Source: Sulfuricurvum sp.
Lineage (GTDB): Bacteria > Campylobacterota > Campylobacteria > Campylobacterales > Sulfurimonadaceae
DNA length: 64,000 nucleotides
Direction: 5' to 3'
NCBI GenBank assembly: GCA_024637215.1
Contig: JAGXFM010000030.1
Coordinates: 831-64,830, forward strand
Shown here: in pieces, positions 10,379-20,610 of the stretch
Numbering within the stretch: the first letter of the stretch is position 1
Layout of the letters: each line of letters opens with the position of its first letter
Position numbers and translations under genes: made by a program
Notes under the pieces: generated by a model
Seen by the model: only the letters and a program-made list of their open reading frames with translations
Databases searched by the model: none
Told to the model about the DNA's origin: nothing

Positions 10379-11983
10379 ATGGTACAAGTCACAAAATTAA
10401 CAATGCGTTTTGGAAGTCGAGTTTTATTTGAGGGTATTAACCTCAAACTTGACCGTAATAAACGCTATGGTCTTATCGGTGCGAACGGCGCCGGAAAAAC
10501 AACTTTTTTGAAAATCCTTAGCGGTGAGATCAAAGAATACGAAGGGGATATCTCTATTGAGCCGGGTCTCAAAGTAGGGATTTTAGGACAAAATCAGTTT
10601 GCATTCGAAGATTTCACCATTGCCGATGCGGTATTGTGGGGGAACAAACGTCTTTTTGATGCGATCAAAGAGAAAGAACATTTATATGCCAACGGCGATT
10701 TCGAAGATGAGAAAACGAATGATCGTCTCGCAGAGTTGGAGATGATATCGGTTGAAGAAGACCCTACGTATGAGTACGACGTTCAAATTGCTAAAATTTT
10801 GGAAAATGTCGGGATTTCGGCAGAAAATCATCAAGATTTGATGTCAAGTCTCCCTTCCTCGGAAAAATTCAAAGTTCTTCTTGCGCAGGTTCTTTATCCG
10901 AAACCGGATGTTTTGTTCCTCGATGAGCCGACGAATAACCTCGATATCGATACGATCGGATGGTTGGAGCGTGAGCTTCAACGCCATGAGGGGACATTGG
11001 TTATCATCTCACATGACCGTCACTTCATAAATGCCGTTGTTACCAACATCCTCGACGTCGATTTTCAAAAAATCCGTGAATTTACGGGAACGTATGACGA
11101 TTGGTATATGGCCTCTACTATCATGGCAAACCAGATGCAACTTGATCGCGATAAAAAAGTAAAAGAGAAAGAGCAGCTCGAAGCGTTTGTACTTCGATTC
11201 TCCGCGAATGCATCAAAAGCAAAACAAGCAACGTCACGTCAGAAACAACTTGATAAATTGACGATTGAAGATATCAAACCTTCAAGCAGACGTGACCCAA
11301 GTATTGTCTTTAAAGCGAAGCGTCCGATGGGGGATGAAGCGTTGCGTGTAGCGAATGTTTCTCACAGTTATGATGATTTAAATGTTTTACGTGATTTTGA
11401 TATTCTCGTAGCTCCGGGTGAAAAAATCGCGATTATCGGTCCCAACGGTGCGGGTAAATCGACCTTGTGTAAAATTCTTATGGAAGAGATAAAGCCGACA
11501 AGCGGAAGTGTTACGTGGGGTGCGACGATTGAATACAGTTATTTCCCGCAAGATACGACTGATAAAATCAAAGGGGACGGAACCTTGTACGATTGGCTTC
11601 GCGGGTTTGATCCGAAACGTGAAATCTCCGAGATTCGTAACTGTTTAGGGCGTATGCTTTTCAACGGTGAACAGCAAGAGAAAAGTGTTGAGAAAATTTC
11701 AGGGGGAGAAAAACATCGTATGATGCTCTCTAAGATGATGTTGGAGGGGGGAAATTTCCTCGTACTCGATGAACCTACCAATCACCTTGACCTTGAAGCG
11801 ATTATTGCACTCGGTGAAGCATTGCTCGATTTTGAAGGGAATGTTATTTGTGTGAGCCATGACCGTGAGTTGCTCGATGCGTTCGCCGATCGTATTATTG
11901 AATTACACCTCGATGGAACCTATATCGATTTCAAAGGTTCGTATGAAGAGTTCGCTGAGGCCAAAGCAAGTGGAAGTTTATAA
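10379..11983 (+). CDS. ABC-F family ribosome-associated ATPase (YbiT-like)
   Basis: Two ABC cassettes (GANGAGKTT, LDEPTNNLD, GPNGAGKST, SGGE), no TM segments, SANASKAKQATSR linker. Confidence 0.92.
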   Translation: MVQVTKLTMRFGSRVLFEGINLKLDRNKRYGLIGANGAGKTTFLKILSGEIKEYEGDISIEPGLKVGILGQNQFAFEDFTIADAVLWGNKRLFDAIKEKEHLYANGDFEDEKTNDRLAELEMISVEEDPTYEYDVQIAKILENVGISAENHQDLMSSLPSSEKFKVLLAQVLYPKPDVLFLDEPTNNLDIDTIGWLERELQRHEGTLVIISHDRHFINAVVTNILDVDFQKIREFTGTYDDWYMASTIMANQMQLDRDKKVKEKEQLEAFVLRFSANASKAKQATSRQKQLDKLTIEDIKPSSRRDPSIVFKAKRPMGDEALRVANVSHSYDDLNVLRDFDILVAPGEKIAIIGPNGAGKSTLCKILMEEIKPTSGSVTWGATIEYSYFPQDTTDKIKGDGTLYDWLRGFDPKREISEIRNCLGRMLFNGEQQEKSVEKISGGEKHRMMLSKMMLEGGNFLVLDEPTNHLDLEAIIALGEALLDFEGNVICVSHDRELLDAFADRIIELHLDGTYIDFKGSYEEFAEAKASGSL

Positions 11984-12803
11984 AAATTACGTCGGATTAG
12001 GGGTTGCGGGCAATTTTGCTCTCCACCTTGAACAAGCGGGTGAAAGTGCCGATTTTAAAGATGTTTTAACCGATGATCCTAACGGACCAAAAGGGATATT
12101 CCCTTTTTATATTCCCTCACGCGAAGGACAACTCGGTGTCTATCCGATTAGCTCTGATACGATTATCCTCCCTCATGAAGCGTGCAACGTTCAGCCTGAA
12201 CCCGAAGTTGCATTAATTTGCGATTTTGAATATGACGGTGAGGGGAATGTAACCGATATTGCACCGAAGTTTTTCGGTGCGTATAATGACTGTTCCCTCC
12301 GCAAAGAGGGTGCGGCTAAAATCAGCCACAAAAAAAATTGGGGCAGGGATTCCAAAGGGTTGGCACCGGCTCTGATCCCGATTGATTCGTTTGAGAAGGG
12401 CGGAGTGATGGACAGCTATCGTATCGCTTCGTTTCTACGGCGTGATGGGATGTTGATGCGCTATGGCGAAGATGTTGAACTTACAGGGTATAGCTATTTT
12501 CACGGCAAACTGATCGATTGGCTCAAAAATCAAATCAATACCCAAGTTGATTTTGGACCATTGGAGCCGATCGGAAGCTATCTTAAAGATGTCGGGTCTC
12601 CTAAGCAAGCCATCATTAGTATCGGGGCAACCCGCTATACCCATTTTGGTGAGACAAATTTCCTAAAAGAGGGAGATGAAGTGATTGTGGTTGTGTATGA
12701 TAATGATAAGTACTGTATGAATCCGATCCTCTCTATGGCGAATCGCGGCGCTTTGGAAGGCGAGGGCATCAGTGCACTCGTTCAGAAGGTTGTGCGTGGT
12801 TAA
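11970..12803 (+). CDS. DUF5718-like protein, possibly FAH superfamily
   Basis: GVAGNFALHLEQAGE, EPEVAL, AYNDCSLR and KKNWG motifs. GTG start at 11970 overlaps the ABC-F stop. Confidence 0.7.
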   Translation: MEVYKNYVGLGVAGNFALHLEQAGESADFKDVLTDDPNGPKGIFPFYIPSREGQLGVYPISSDTIILPHEACNVQPEPEVALICDFEYDGEGNVTDIAPKFFGAYNDCSLRKEGAAKISHKKNWGRDSKGLAPALIPIDSFEKGGVMDSYRIASFLRRDGMLMRYGEDVELTGYSYFHGKLIDWLKNQINTQVDFGPLEPIGSYLKDVGSPKQAIISIGATRYTHFGETNFLKEGDEVIVVVYDNDKYCMNPILSMANRGALEGEGISALVQKVVRG

Positions 12804-13002
12804 AAGTGGCCTTTATCGTCATTATAAGGGGAAACATTATGAAGTGATCGGGGTGGCGAAACACTCCGAAACCTCCGAGAGCCTTGTTGTGTATCGCCCT
12901 CTCTACGGTGAGCGGGGATTATGGGTCCGCCCTTTGAAAATGTTTGTTGAAATTTTACCGAACGGGGTAAAACGGTTTGAATACTGCGGAGAGGTGCAAT
13001 GA
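12796..13002 (+). CDS. DUF1653 family protein
   Basis: GLYRHYKG..YEVIGVAKHSET..LVVYRPLYG..WVRPLKMF signature. Confidence 0.88.
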   Translation: MVKSGLYRHYKGKHYEVIGVAKHSETSESLVVYRPLYGERGLWVRPLKMFVEILPNGVKRFEYCGEVQ

Positions 13003-13337
13003 GTCGGGGGACAAAACTCATCCTCGATATTGGAGCTTCTTGGGGAGAGGGATGGAGCATGGAAGAGGAAAAAAGTGCAACAACGTTGACACTCCTTGAA
13101 CCTTCCGCGCACCGCCTCGTCTTCCAAAAGCAGATGCGTAAAGGAAAAGCGGTCACTCTCGTCGGCCCATTTAGCCTGAGCGAAGAAGATGCTCAAAAAA
13201 CGCTCTCCTCGCTTAAGAAGTCACTCGCATGCGGCGGAGCGTATAAAGAGCTATGGATGGAGTTTCAAGGCGATATTGCTCCGAAAGTCCGCGAGCACCT
13301 CGAAAAACTTTCATTCAAATTCAAAAACCCAAAATAA
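12999..13337 (+). CDS. Translation initiation factor SUI1/YciH family
   Basis: RKGKAVTLV, LKKSLACGG and EFQGD motifs. Confidence 0.85.
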   Translation: MSRGTKLILDIGASWGEGWSMEEEKSATTLTLLEPSAHRLVFQKQMRKGKAVTLVGPFSLSEEDAQKTLSSLKKSLACGGAYKELWMEFQGDIAPKVREHLEKLSFKFKNPK

Positions 13338-13338
13338 T

Positions 13339-14568
13339 TTATAACTTATTGCTGAACATCACTTGGTTGCGGCCTCGCTCTTTTGCGGCATAGAGGTTTG
13401 TATCCGCCGCATGAATGAGGGCATCTTCACTCATATCAACGGTAGGGGTGACACATATCCCGCCGATGGAGATACTGAGAGTCGGTAAAATTTTAGACCC
13501 TTTATGTTCTATTTTTAGGTTTTCAATCCCCTCACGTACTTTTTCCCCAATAATTTGAGCTGTTTTACAATCGGTATCGGTAAGAATAATCCCAAACTCT
13601 TCTCCCCCTAGACGAAAGGGGTAATCACCCGGGCGTTGGAGGGTAGATTTAAGTACTTTAGCGACGGCTTGAAGTGCAGCGTCCCCTTGCAGGTGGCCGT
13701 AGGTATCGTTGTATTGTTTAAAAAAATCGATATCAAGCATCATAAAAATAAAAGGTTTATTGGCGCGTAAAGAGCGTTTAAACTCACGTTCATACACAAT
13801 ATTAAAATAGCGGCGATTGAACAATGCCGTGAGAGAATCGGTGTAAGAGGCTTGTTCAAGTTTGAGATTGAGATGTTTAAGGGTTTCACTGGAAGCAATG
13901 AGCTGCTGTTGCTGAACTTCGATACGGGCAAAAATCATCCAAGCCAGCCCCATGACCAACACTAAAATAACCCCTAAAAAGAGGATAAGCTGCATTAGGG
14001 CATTTTCATACTGCGCCAAAAGTATCGTATGTTCGTATTTTGCTACGTCATTTTCGTAGGCGATAAGTTGTTGCAGGGTGCTGTGGATAGATTGGATATT
14101 TTCATCCATGGACATTAGAGAGAGCGGATGCGAATGATCCGGATCGTTGATCAAAGAACGCACTTGCGCAAAATAGTTGCCGATCATTTGAATCTGGGCT
14201 TCGGTATAGTTGACATACGCCATCTCTTCAGGACGTTTATGATGAGAGAGGTAGGAACTCCATAAGGTATTGATCCGATCCAACCCTTGTACAATATTTT
14301 CAGATGCTTGTTCATCACTGAGAAGTTGATTGCTCCATTGGTAAACCGAAGAGGCAAGATCATTATGATAGGTTGAAGTGATAGAGTTGAGTTCGCTAAG
14401 GGGAAGTAAGGAACCGAAATAGAGGGTATCCATGTTCCGTTTGATATTTTGAATATTAACGTAACCGATTAATCCCACTACAACAAGCCCAAATCCTACG
14501 AGTAATAACAGGTAAACAAGTTTAGTTTTGAGTTTAAGTGATTTCACAATTTTGATTAATCTTTCCAT
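13339..14568 (-). CDS. Membrane diguanylate cyclase with four-helix-bundle sensor
   Basis: Two TM segments around a helical periplasmic domain; DSLT, DIDFFK, RPGD I-site and RLGGEEF. Start moved to MERLIK. Confidence 0.9.
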   Translation of the reverse strand: MERLIKIVKSLKLKTKLVYLLLLVGFGLVVVGLIGYVNIQNIKRNMDTLYFGSLLPLSELNSITSTYHNDLASSVYQWSNQLLSDEQASENIVQGLDRINTLWSSYLSHHKRPEEMAYVNYTEAQIQMIGNYFAQVRSLINDPDHSHPLSLMSMDENIQSIHSTLQQLIAYENDVAKYEHTILLAQYENALMQLILFLGVILVLVMGLAWMIFARIEVQQQQLIASSETLKHLNLKLEQASYTDSLTALFNRRYFNIVYEREFKRSLRANKPFIFMMLDIDFFKQYNDTYGHLQGDAALQAVAKVLKSTLQRPGDYPFRLGGEEFGIILTDTDCKTAQIIGEKVREGIENLKIEHKGSKILPTLSISIGGICVTPTVDMSEDALIHAADTNLYAAKERGRNQVMFSNKL

Positions 14569-14638
14569 TCTGGATAGTTTAACTAAGCAACTCCTATACC
14601 AAAAGGGATTACAATAAGGCACTTTAAACGGGAGATAG

Positions 14639-14956
14639 ATGATGGCGAAACGACTCATTAAAGATGAACGGGTCAAAACAATCATTCATAATATTGCCGA
14701 AGATTTCCGTTTTTCTCATGAAACGGGTGATTATGCGTTGTTATTTTACAAAGCAGATACGGAAGGGATCATTCGGGGTGCTGATATCGATACGATGATT
14801 GAATACCTCTCTACCGGACTCACGGAGTTACAAGATAACATCCAATGGCGTCGAGAATTTTTGAGTGATAACCCCGGCGTCGATGAGATGCGGATGCTCG
14901 AGAATCTTGGTGTTATCGAAAAAGAGTATATCGATCTACTCGAATTTTTACGTTAG
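14639..14956 (+). CDS. Hypothetical protein
   Basis: 105-aa ORF with GGGAG RBS, filling the intergenic space; no motif recognised. Confidence 0.7.
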   Translation: MMAKRLIKDERVKTIIHNIAEDFRFSHETGDYALLFYKADTEGIIRGADIDTMIEYLSTGLTELQDNIQWRREFLSDNPGVDEMRMLENLGVIEKEYIDLLEFLR

Positions 14957-15354
14957 GGTTTCGGTTTATACGGTTCAAGAGGCATTTTTTTGCCGATGGC
15001 ATATTGAATCCCCCCTTGTAAATCAATAACGTTATACCCAAGCTGTTTTCCTAAGAAATTACCGACGACTTGGGTACGATTTCCGCTGTTGCAAATAAGG
15101 GCGAATTTTTCCCCTTTTTTGACCACTTTATCCAGTTTCCCTAAAAAAGCTTCGGCATTGTAATTACCTTGTTCGTCAAAAAACATAATCGGATACGAAC
15201 CTTTAACCAGACCTGTCGTTTTCCATTCAGAGGGGGTTCGAATATCGATAATTTTGATTTTTGAGTCAATCAGTTTTTTATCGATCGGTTGGGCGGAGTA
15301 ATCGGCCATCAAAGTGGTGGTGCAAAAGAGAAGAGCTAACAGTGCGATACGCAT
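14953..15354 (-). CDS. Exported rhodanese-like domain protein
   Basis: Signal peptide, IIDIRTPSEW, LICNSGNRT (active-site Cys loop) and LQGGI. Confidence 0.85.
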   Translation of the reverse strand: MRIALLALLFCTTTLMADYSAQPIDKKLIDSKIKIIDIRTPSEWKTTGLVKGSYPIMFFDEQGNYNAEAFLGKLDKVVKKGEKFALICNSGNRTQVVGNFLGKQLGYNVIDLQGGIQYAIGKKMPLEPYKPKP

Positions 15355-15417
15355 TCTACATCCTCAAAATAGGTATAATGGCGTAATTGTATCGACGAAT
15401 CATTAACATGAGGTTTT

Positions 15418-15780
15418 ATGGGGACATCTAAAGAAGAAAATTCAAAACGGCTTCGGTATATTCGGCTGTTGGGACGGTTTATCAGCGGTATACTCTCCTA
15501 TTTGGCGAAGAGCGATCATCCCACAAAAGAGCAGTATGATCAGAAAGTGGATATGAATTTTCGCTTTTTGGAAAAAAATGAAGCAGTTAAACTCTACAAA
15601 GATGAGTATATGGAACTGGAAGCACTGGGACAAAAAATTCTCGATTACAGAGCAAGTGAGAGTGATATCGAAACGATTAAAGAAGAGCTTTTTTATGCTC
15701 AAAACCAACTGGAGAAGCGGGTTAATGCCCGCCGCTATAAAAAATCAAAACACGATAACCATGCAACGGATGGTTGGTGA
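15418..15780 (+). CDS. Hypothetical protein
   Basis: GAGG RBS, upstream TATAAT and a 120-aa ORF; no motif recognised. Confidence 0.7.
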   Translation: MGTSKEENSKRLRYIRLLGRFISGILSYLAKSDHPTKEQYDQKVDMNFRFLEKNEAVKLYKDEYMELEALGQKILDYRASESDIETIKEELFYAQNQLEKRVNARRYKKSKHDNHATDGW

Positions 15781-15783
15781 TGA

Positions 15784-16341
15784 TTAAATTATTCCCGTAT
15801 GCTCTAATAAGATTTTAAAGCCTAAACCGATAAGAATTAAGCCGCCGAGCATCTCTGCTTTGCTCTCTAATAATGATCCCAATTTTTTCCCCACATATAC
15901 CGCTGCGACACACAAAACAAACGTTACCAGTGCGATTACCCCTGCTGCAGTATAGATATCGGTTTGCAAAAAAGCAAAGGTAACCCCGATGGCCATCGCA
16001 TCGATACTGGTAGCAATCCCCAGTGTGATGAGCGTTTTAGTGGAGAGGTCGGTGACCTCTTCATCAAACTCATTTTTATACGCTTCGTAAAGCATTTTTC
16101 CACCCAGACCTACAAGAAGAACGAACGCAATCCAATGATCGAAGGTTTGAACGTATTCGGCAAAGCTGATCCCGATAAAATATCCCGCAAGCGGCATAGC
16201 TCCTTGAAAAAAGCCAAAAACTGCGGCAGTAAAAAGCGTTTTAGAGAGGAATAAATCTTTGTACTTTGAGCCGATTGCGATGGAGACGGCAACGGAGTCC
16301 ATTGCCAAGGCTACGGCAAGGATGAGGAGGGTTTCGTTCAT
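15784..16341 (-). CDS. mntP: Manganese efflux pump MntP
   Basis: ALAMDSVAVS, FQGAMP, DHWIAF and ATSIDAMAIG repeats. Confidence 0.9.
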   Translation of the reverse strand: MNETLLILAVALAMDSVAVSIAIGSKYKDLFLSKTLFTAAVFGFFQGAMPLAGYFIGISFAEYVQTFDHWIAFVLLVGLGGKMLYEAYKNEFDEEVTDLSTKTLITLGIATSIDAMAIGVTFAFLQTDIYTAAGVIALVTFVLCVAAVYVGKKLGSLLESKAEMLGGLILIGLGFKILLEHTGII

Positions 16342-16417
16342 GGTGAATCCTGAAAAATAAGTGTGGAATTATAACGAAACGTGCTGATAATGACACATTG
16401 TTGCAGAGGTTTTAAGG

Positions 16418-16810
16418 CTAGTTAGCGGTGATATGAGGAGAGACTTTAATCAGTTCAATCGTTAAAACAGCGATCCAGGTAAAAATAGTGATCCCTGCGG
16501 CGGCGGCAGCGATGTCTTTGATAATCTTAATTTTTTCGTTGTAGCGGGTCTCCATAAAATCGCATATCGCTTCGATGGCGGTATTAAAGACTTCTGCGGA
16601 GATCATCACCCCTGTGGCGAGAATAATGAGCGAAGCATCTACCCACTCTTTGTAGATCATTACGGGTATGAGGATTAAAATGGAGATGATGATTTTATAC
16701 AAAACACTGAAATCGTGTAAAACGGCAAAACGGAGACCGGAGAGGATGATTTTAAACTTTCGCAGCGGATGGTAGCCGTGCTCACCCGTTTCTAAAAATT
16801 TATTTTTCAT
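16418..16810 (-). CDS. dgkA: Diacylglycerol/undecaprenol kinase (DgkA family)
   Basis: EVFNTAIEAICD and KIIKDIAAAA motifs with 3 TM segments. Confidence 0.85.
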   Translation of the reverse strand: MKNKFLETGEHGYHPLRKFKIILSGLRFAVLHDFSVLYKIIISILILIPVMIYKEWVDASLIILATGVMISAEVFNTAIEAICDFMETRYNEKIKIIKDIAAAAAGITIFTWIAVLTIELIKVSPHITAN

Positions 16811-17451
16811 CCTAAAACTCCTGATTTAACAATCCAAAAAGCGATGATTGCCCACATCAATGCGACGAGGAACCCTGCCAAGACATCGGTAGCGAAATGG
16901 ACTTGAAGATACATACGAGAGAATGCGACCGCTAAGACCATAAACACCAAAACCGATGCGGTAACACTTTTATAAAGGGTCTGTGTTCCTAGCAGAGCAA
17001 GCCAAATTCCCAAACTGATGGCGGTAATCTGTGCGGTGTGGGCACTGGGAAAAGAGGGGTCGATCGGAAGCTCGTTGATCGGTCCGAAAAAGTGGGGACG
17101 TGTGCGCTCTAATTCATATTTGAGAAAATAGACGGTTCCCACCGTTCCCCAAAATGTAATCCCCACGATTTTCTCAAAATGTTGGATATGAGGGGAGAGT
17201 AGCATCGTGAGGATAAGATAAAGGGGGAGAAGCGTCCACAGTGACCCTACCCAAGTAACGGTGGAAAAAAAGTGATTAAGTGGAGAGTTTTGGATCGAAT
17301 GGAACCATGAAAGAACTATCTGATCGAGATGGACGACATAGGTATGACGGAGATGTTGGGAGAGAAATATCAACATACTCAATGCGGCGAGGAAAAGAAG
17401 TGCGGAGTAGACCCCTGTATCCGTCCAAAAAAAGCGGAGATTTGAAGACAT
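16807..17451 (-). CDS. PAP2 family membrane phosphatase
   Basis: K..LERTRP, SFPSAH and SRMYLQVHFATDV motifs. Confidence 0.9.
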   Translation of the reverse strand: MSSNLRFFWTDTGVYSALLFLAALSMLIFLSQHLRHTYVVHLDQIVLSWFHSIQNSPLNHFFSTVTWVGSLWTLLPLYLILTMLLSPHIQHFEKIVGITFWGTVGTVYFLKYELERTRPHFFGPINELPIDPSFPSAHTAQITAISLGIWLALLGTQTLYKSVTASVLVFMVLAVAFSRMYLQVHFATDVLAGFLVALMWAIIAFWIVKSGVLG

Positions 17452-17503
17452 AATTTACCTTCCTACCGATGTTATTGAAACGATTGTACCATAGGAGAGT
17501 CAA

Positions 17504-18247
17504 TCAAGGGAGTGGGTTGAGGCGATTTTTAACATCGCTGAGGCGGATGAAGCTAAACCCGTTGCTTTTAAGTTTTTCAACCGCAGCCTTAACCCCTTCA
17601 CGGGTACCGCTTTCAGGGTGGTTCATGTGCAGTACGATAATGTCGCCGCTTTTGGCGTTGGTGATCTGATACGTTACTTTATCGGCGCTAAAGGTTGCCC
17701 CCGCATCCCCTAAAATACTGAATCCCCCGATCTCTACTCCGTTACGGCGAGCAATTGCAACCGCTTGCTCATCATAGTAGGCGGTGCCGGAGCGGAAAAA
17801 CAGAGGGCGTTTCCCCGTTAGTTTTTCGATGAGAAGCGCGTTAGCGTTAATCTCTTCTAATACTTCTTCAGCCGAACGGGTTCCCTGAATATTATAAATG
17901 CTTTTACCGTTGACTGAGAGGGGGCGGTGAGCCGTGCCGTGGTTGGCGATTTCAAACAGTGGATTGGTTGCTAATTCTTTAAAAATTTCAGGGTTACTGT
18001 GGATCCAACGTGAGTTGATAAAGAGGGTGGCTGGGATACGATTTTCGGTGAGATAGCCGATGAGTTCAGCGTCATATTGGGAACTGCGAAAACTTCCTCC
18101 GCATGCATCGAAGGTGAGGGCAATCTCTTTTTTGGACGCATTAAACGTTGTCACCACTCCGGTGACATTCTCTCCCCATTGTGTAGGTTCATCGGCTCCG
18201 AAAGCCAAACCAAAAAAGAGGAGTAAAGAGAGGAAAATTTTTTGCAT
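17504..18247 (-). CDS. Exported polysaccharide deacetylase (NodB/CE4)
   Basis: ALTFDACG, NHGTAH, FFRSG and IIVLHMN motifs. Start moved to MQKIFL, which gives a signal peptide. Confidence 0.85.
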   Translation of the reverse strand: MQKIFLSLLLFFGLAFGADEPTQWGENVTGVVTTFNASKKEIALTFDACGGSFRSSQYDAELIGYLTENRIPATLFINSRWIHSNPEIFKELATNPLFEIANHGTAHRPLSVNGKSIYNIQGTRSAEEVLEEINANALLIEKLTGKRPLFFRSGTAYYDEQAVAIARRNGVEIGGFSILGDAGATFSADKVTYQITNAKSGDIIVLHMNHPESGTREGVKAAVEKLKSNGFSFIRLSDVKNRLNPLP

Positions 18248-18290
18248 AGAAAACACCTTGGGTAAAAGAGGAAATTGTAGCGTAGCTCTC

Positions 18291-18473
18291 TTAGGGTTTG
18301 TTACAGTCGCGATCTTTTCCGAAAATACATCGACCATTAGTGATGAGTTTGCGAATAAAGAAAAAGAGGGAGATCGAGGCGATTACTGCACTTATAATGG
18401 CATGAGGTATGAGTCCTTGGGTAAAAAAAGAAAAAGCGGCAACGATAAAGGCAAGGGTCAAAATCAAACACAT
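18291..18473 (-). CDS. Small two-TM membrane protein (60 aa)
   Basis: AAGGA RBS upstream of ATG; two hydrophobic segments and a Cys-containing tail. Confidence 0.6.
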   Translation of the reverse strand: MCLILTLAFIVAAFSFFTQGLIPHAIISAVIASISLFFFIRKLITNGRCIFGKDRDCNKP

Positions 18474-18642
18474 CGTAAATCCTTAGGAAAATATTCCGTT
18501 ATTGTAGAGTAAAAAAAGCGATTTTAGCGTAATAAAAGTTACATAATGAGATAAACTCGAAGTTTTTAATATTCATTTCACAGCCTGTTCGATAAGATAG
18601 ATTTTTTTAGATTATCTATTTTTCTTTATCAGGTAGGCAAAT

Positions 18643-20601
18643 ATGTCACAAAAAACAAGCTATACAAAAATTGCTGCAAAAATTATTTTTATTACGATGT
18701 TTTTTACCCTCACAGCTGCTTATTTTTATGGCGAGTATATGAAACGGGATGCTATCTCAAATCTCGCCCATATAGATGCCAAAAAAACGAGTATGCTCGT
18801 ATTTGAAACACTTTATTCTGCAATGCAGAGAGGGTGGAATAAAGATGATTTAGAGGAAATCATCACACGACTTAATCGTGTTGATACAGATATGAAGATA
18901 AACGTTTATCGAAGCGAGAAAGTTGTTAAACTTTTTGGAGAAATCGAAAAAGATAAAATAGCCAGAGAATCTAACCGTGATGTTGCACAAGCGCTTAAAG
19001 GCGAAGAAGTTTTAAACATTTCAGATTCTAATTTTATTGATTATTATTATCCTGTTATTGCCAAAAATGATTGTTTGAAATGTCATACTAATGCGAATAT
19101 CGGAGATGTTTTAGGTGTCATTGATGTTTCCTACCCTATTGATGATTTGAAAGTGTCATTGAATGAAATGATCAACTTCTTTATTATTTTTATCATCATT
19201 TTTTCTTTTGTCGTCTTTTTTACAATCTTTATAGAGCTGAATCAGTATTTGATCAAACCGATTAAAAACTTTTCGAATGTCATTAAAAACATCACGGCAT
19301 CACAAGATATAAAAAAACGGGTGGAGGTGAATGATAATATTGAAGAGATCGATTCAATAAAAGATATTTTCAATAGCATGCTCGATTCGATAGAGCACCA
19401 ATTTTATTTTGACACTCTAACCGGTTTGGAGAATCGACGAAAATTGACTGAAAGGCTCGAAGAGAAAAAAGCGCTCTTTTTGATGATTATCAACATAGAT
19501 GGATTCCAAGAGATAAACGATTTATACGGGGATCAAGCAGGCGATATTATTTTAAAAGAATTTGCCCTCTACTTAAAAGAGCTAGTTCATCAAGAAGAGG
19601 GGCTCTATCGACTCCATTCGGATGAATTTGCCCATGTGTGTAGCCGAGGGATGGATATCAATGAGTTTAAGATTTTTGCCTCCTATCTCAGTGAAAAGAT
19701 TGGACAAAAAAGTTTTAATATTGATAATAAAAGTGAAGTAAGCTTAAGTGTGACGATAGGAATATCCTATGGTTATGATCAGCTATTGATGAACGCCGAT
19801 ATTGCACTTAAACTGGCTAAGAAAAGCAAAAAACATTTTCTAATTTACGATGACACCATGGCAATGGCAAAAGAATATGAGAAAAATTTTGAGTGGACGA
19901 AGCGCCTTAAAAAAGCGATTGAAGAAGATAGAATTGTCCCTGTTTTTCAACCTATTGTCGATACCAAAACAGAGAAAATTGTAAAATATGAAGCCCTTGT
20001 GCGGATGATAGATGATCAAGGGGGTTATATCCCTCCGATACATTTTTTGGAGCTTGCAAAAAAAAATAAGCTCTATCATCAACTGACTAAAATTATGATA
20101 GAGAAAACTTTTAAACAGTTTGCTCAATTACCTTATCTAGTTTCGATTAATATCTCGGTTGAAGATATTTTAAATAAAGAGATCAATGGGTTTATAATTA
20201 ATAAACTGCAAGAATCCGCAATAGGTAAAAAAATTGTATTTGAGATCATCGAATCTGAGGGGATTGAAAACTTTGATCAGGTCTTAGAGTTTATTGAGAA
20301 TGTGAAACAATACGGTGTCGGAATCTCGATTGATGATTTTGGCACAGGGTATTCGAATTTTGAATATCTGATGAAACTAAAAGTTGATTACATTAAAATT
20401 GACGGTTCAATGATTAAAAATATCGATAAGGATCAAAATTCTCAAATGATTACCAGATCTATAGTCAATTTCGCCAAAAATATGAATATTAAAACCGTTG
20501 CCGAGTTTGTCCACTCTAAAAACGTTTTTGAAAAAGTGAAAGAGTTGGAAGTAGATTTCTCACAAGGGTATTATTTCGGAGAGCCAACCGATACGATTTA
20601 A
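18643..20601 (+). CDS. Membrane c-di-GMP phosphodiesterase: heme-c periplasmic sensor, HAMP, degenerate GGDEF, EAL
   Basis: Periplasmic CLKCH, GGDEF replaced by HSDEF, intact YEALVR and DDFGTGYS. Confidence 0.88.
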   Translation: MSQKTSYTKIAAKIIFITMFFTLTAAYFYGEYMKRDAISNLAHIDAKKTSMLVFETLYSAMQRGWNKDDLEEIITRLNRVDTDMKINVYRSEKVVKLFGEIEKDKIARESNRDVAQALKGEEVLNISDSNFIDYYYPVIAKNDCLKCHTNANIGDVLGVIDVSYPIDDLKVSLNEMINFFIIFIIIFSFVVFFTIFIELNQYLIKPIKNFSNVIKNITASQDIKKRVEVNDNIEEIDSIKDIFNSMLDSIEHQFYFDTLTGLENRRKLTERLEEKKALFLMIINIDGFQEINDLYGDQAGDIILKEFALYLKELVHQEEGLYRLHSDEFAHVCSRGMDINEFKIFASYLSEKIGQKSFNIDNKSEVSLSVTIGISYGYDQLLMNADIALKLAKKSKKHFLIYDDTMAMAKEYEKNFEWTKRLKKAIEEDRIVPVFQPIVDTKTEKIVKYEALVRMIDDQGGYIPPIHFLELAKKNKLYHQLTKIMIEKTFKQFAQLPYLVSINISVEDILNKEINGFIINKLQESAIGKKIVFEIIESEGIENFDQVLEFIENVKQYGVGISIDDFGTGYSNFEYLMKLKVDYIKIDGSMIKNIDKDQNSQMITRSIVNFAKNMNIKTVAEFVHSKNVFEKVKELEVDFSQGYYFGEPTDTI

Positions 20602-20610
20602 GGGAAGCGT

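Noticed and set aside
16342-16417. yybP-ykoY manganese riboswitch upstream of mntP
   Set aside because: A TATAAT at 16368-16373 (-) leaves a leader too short for the riboswitch.
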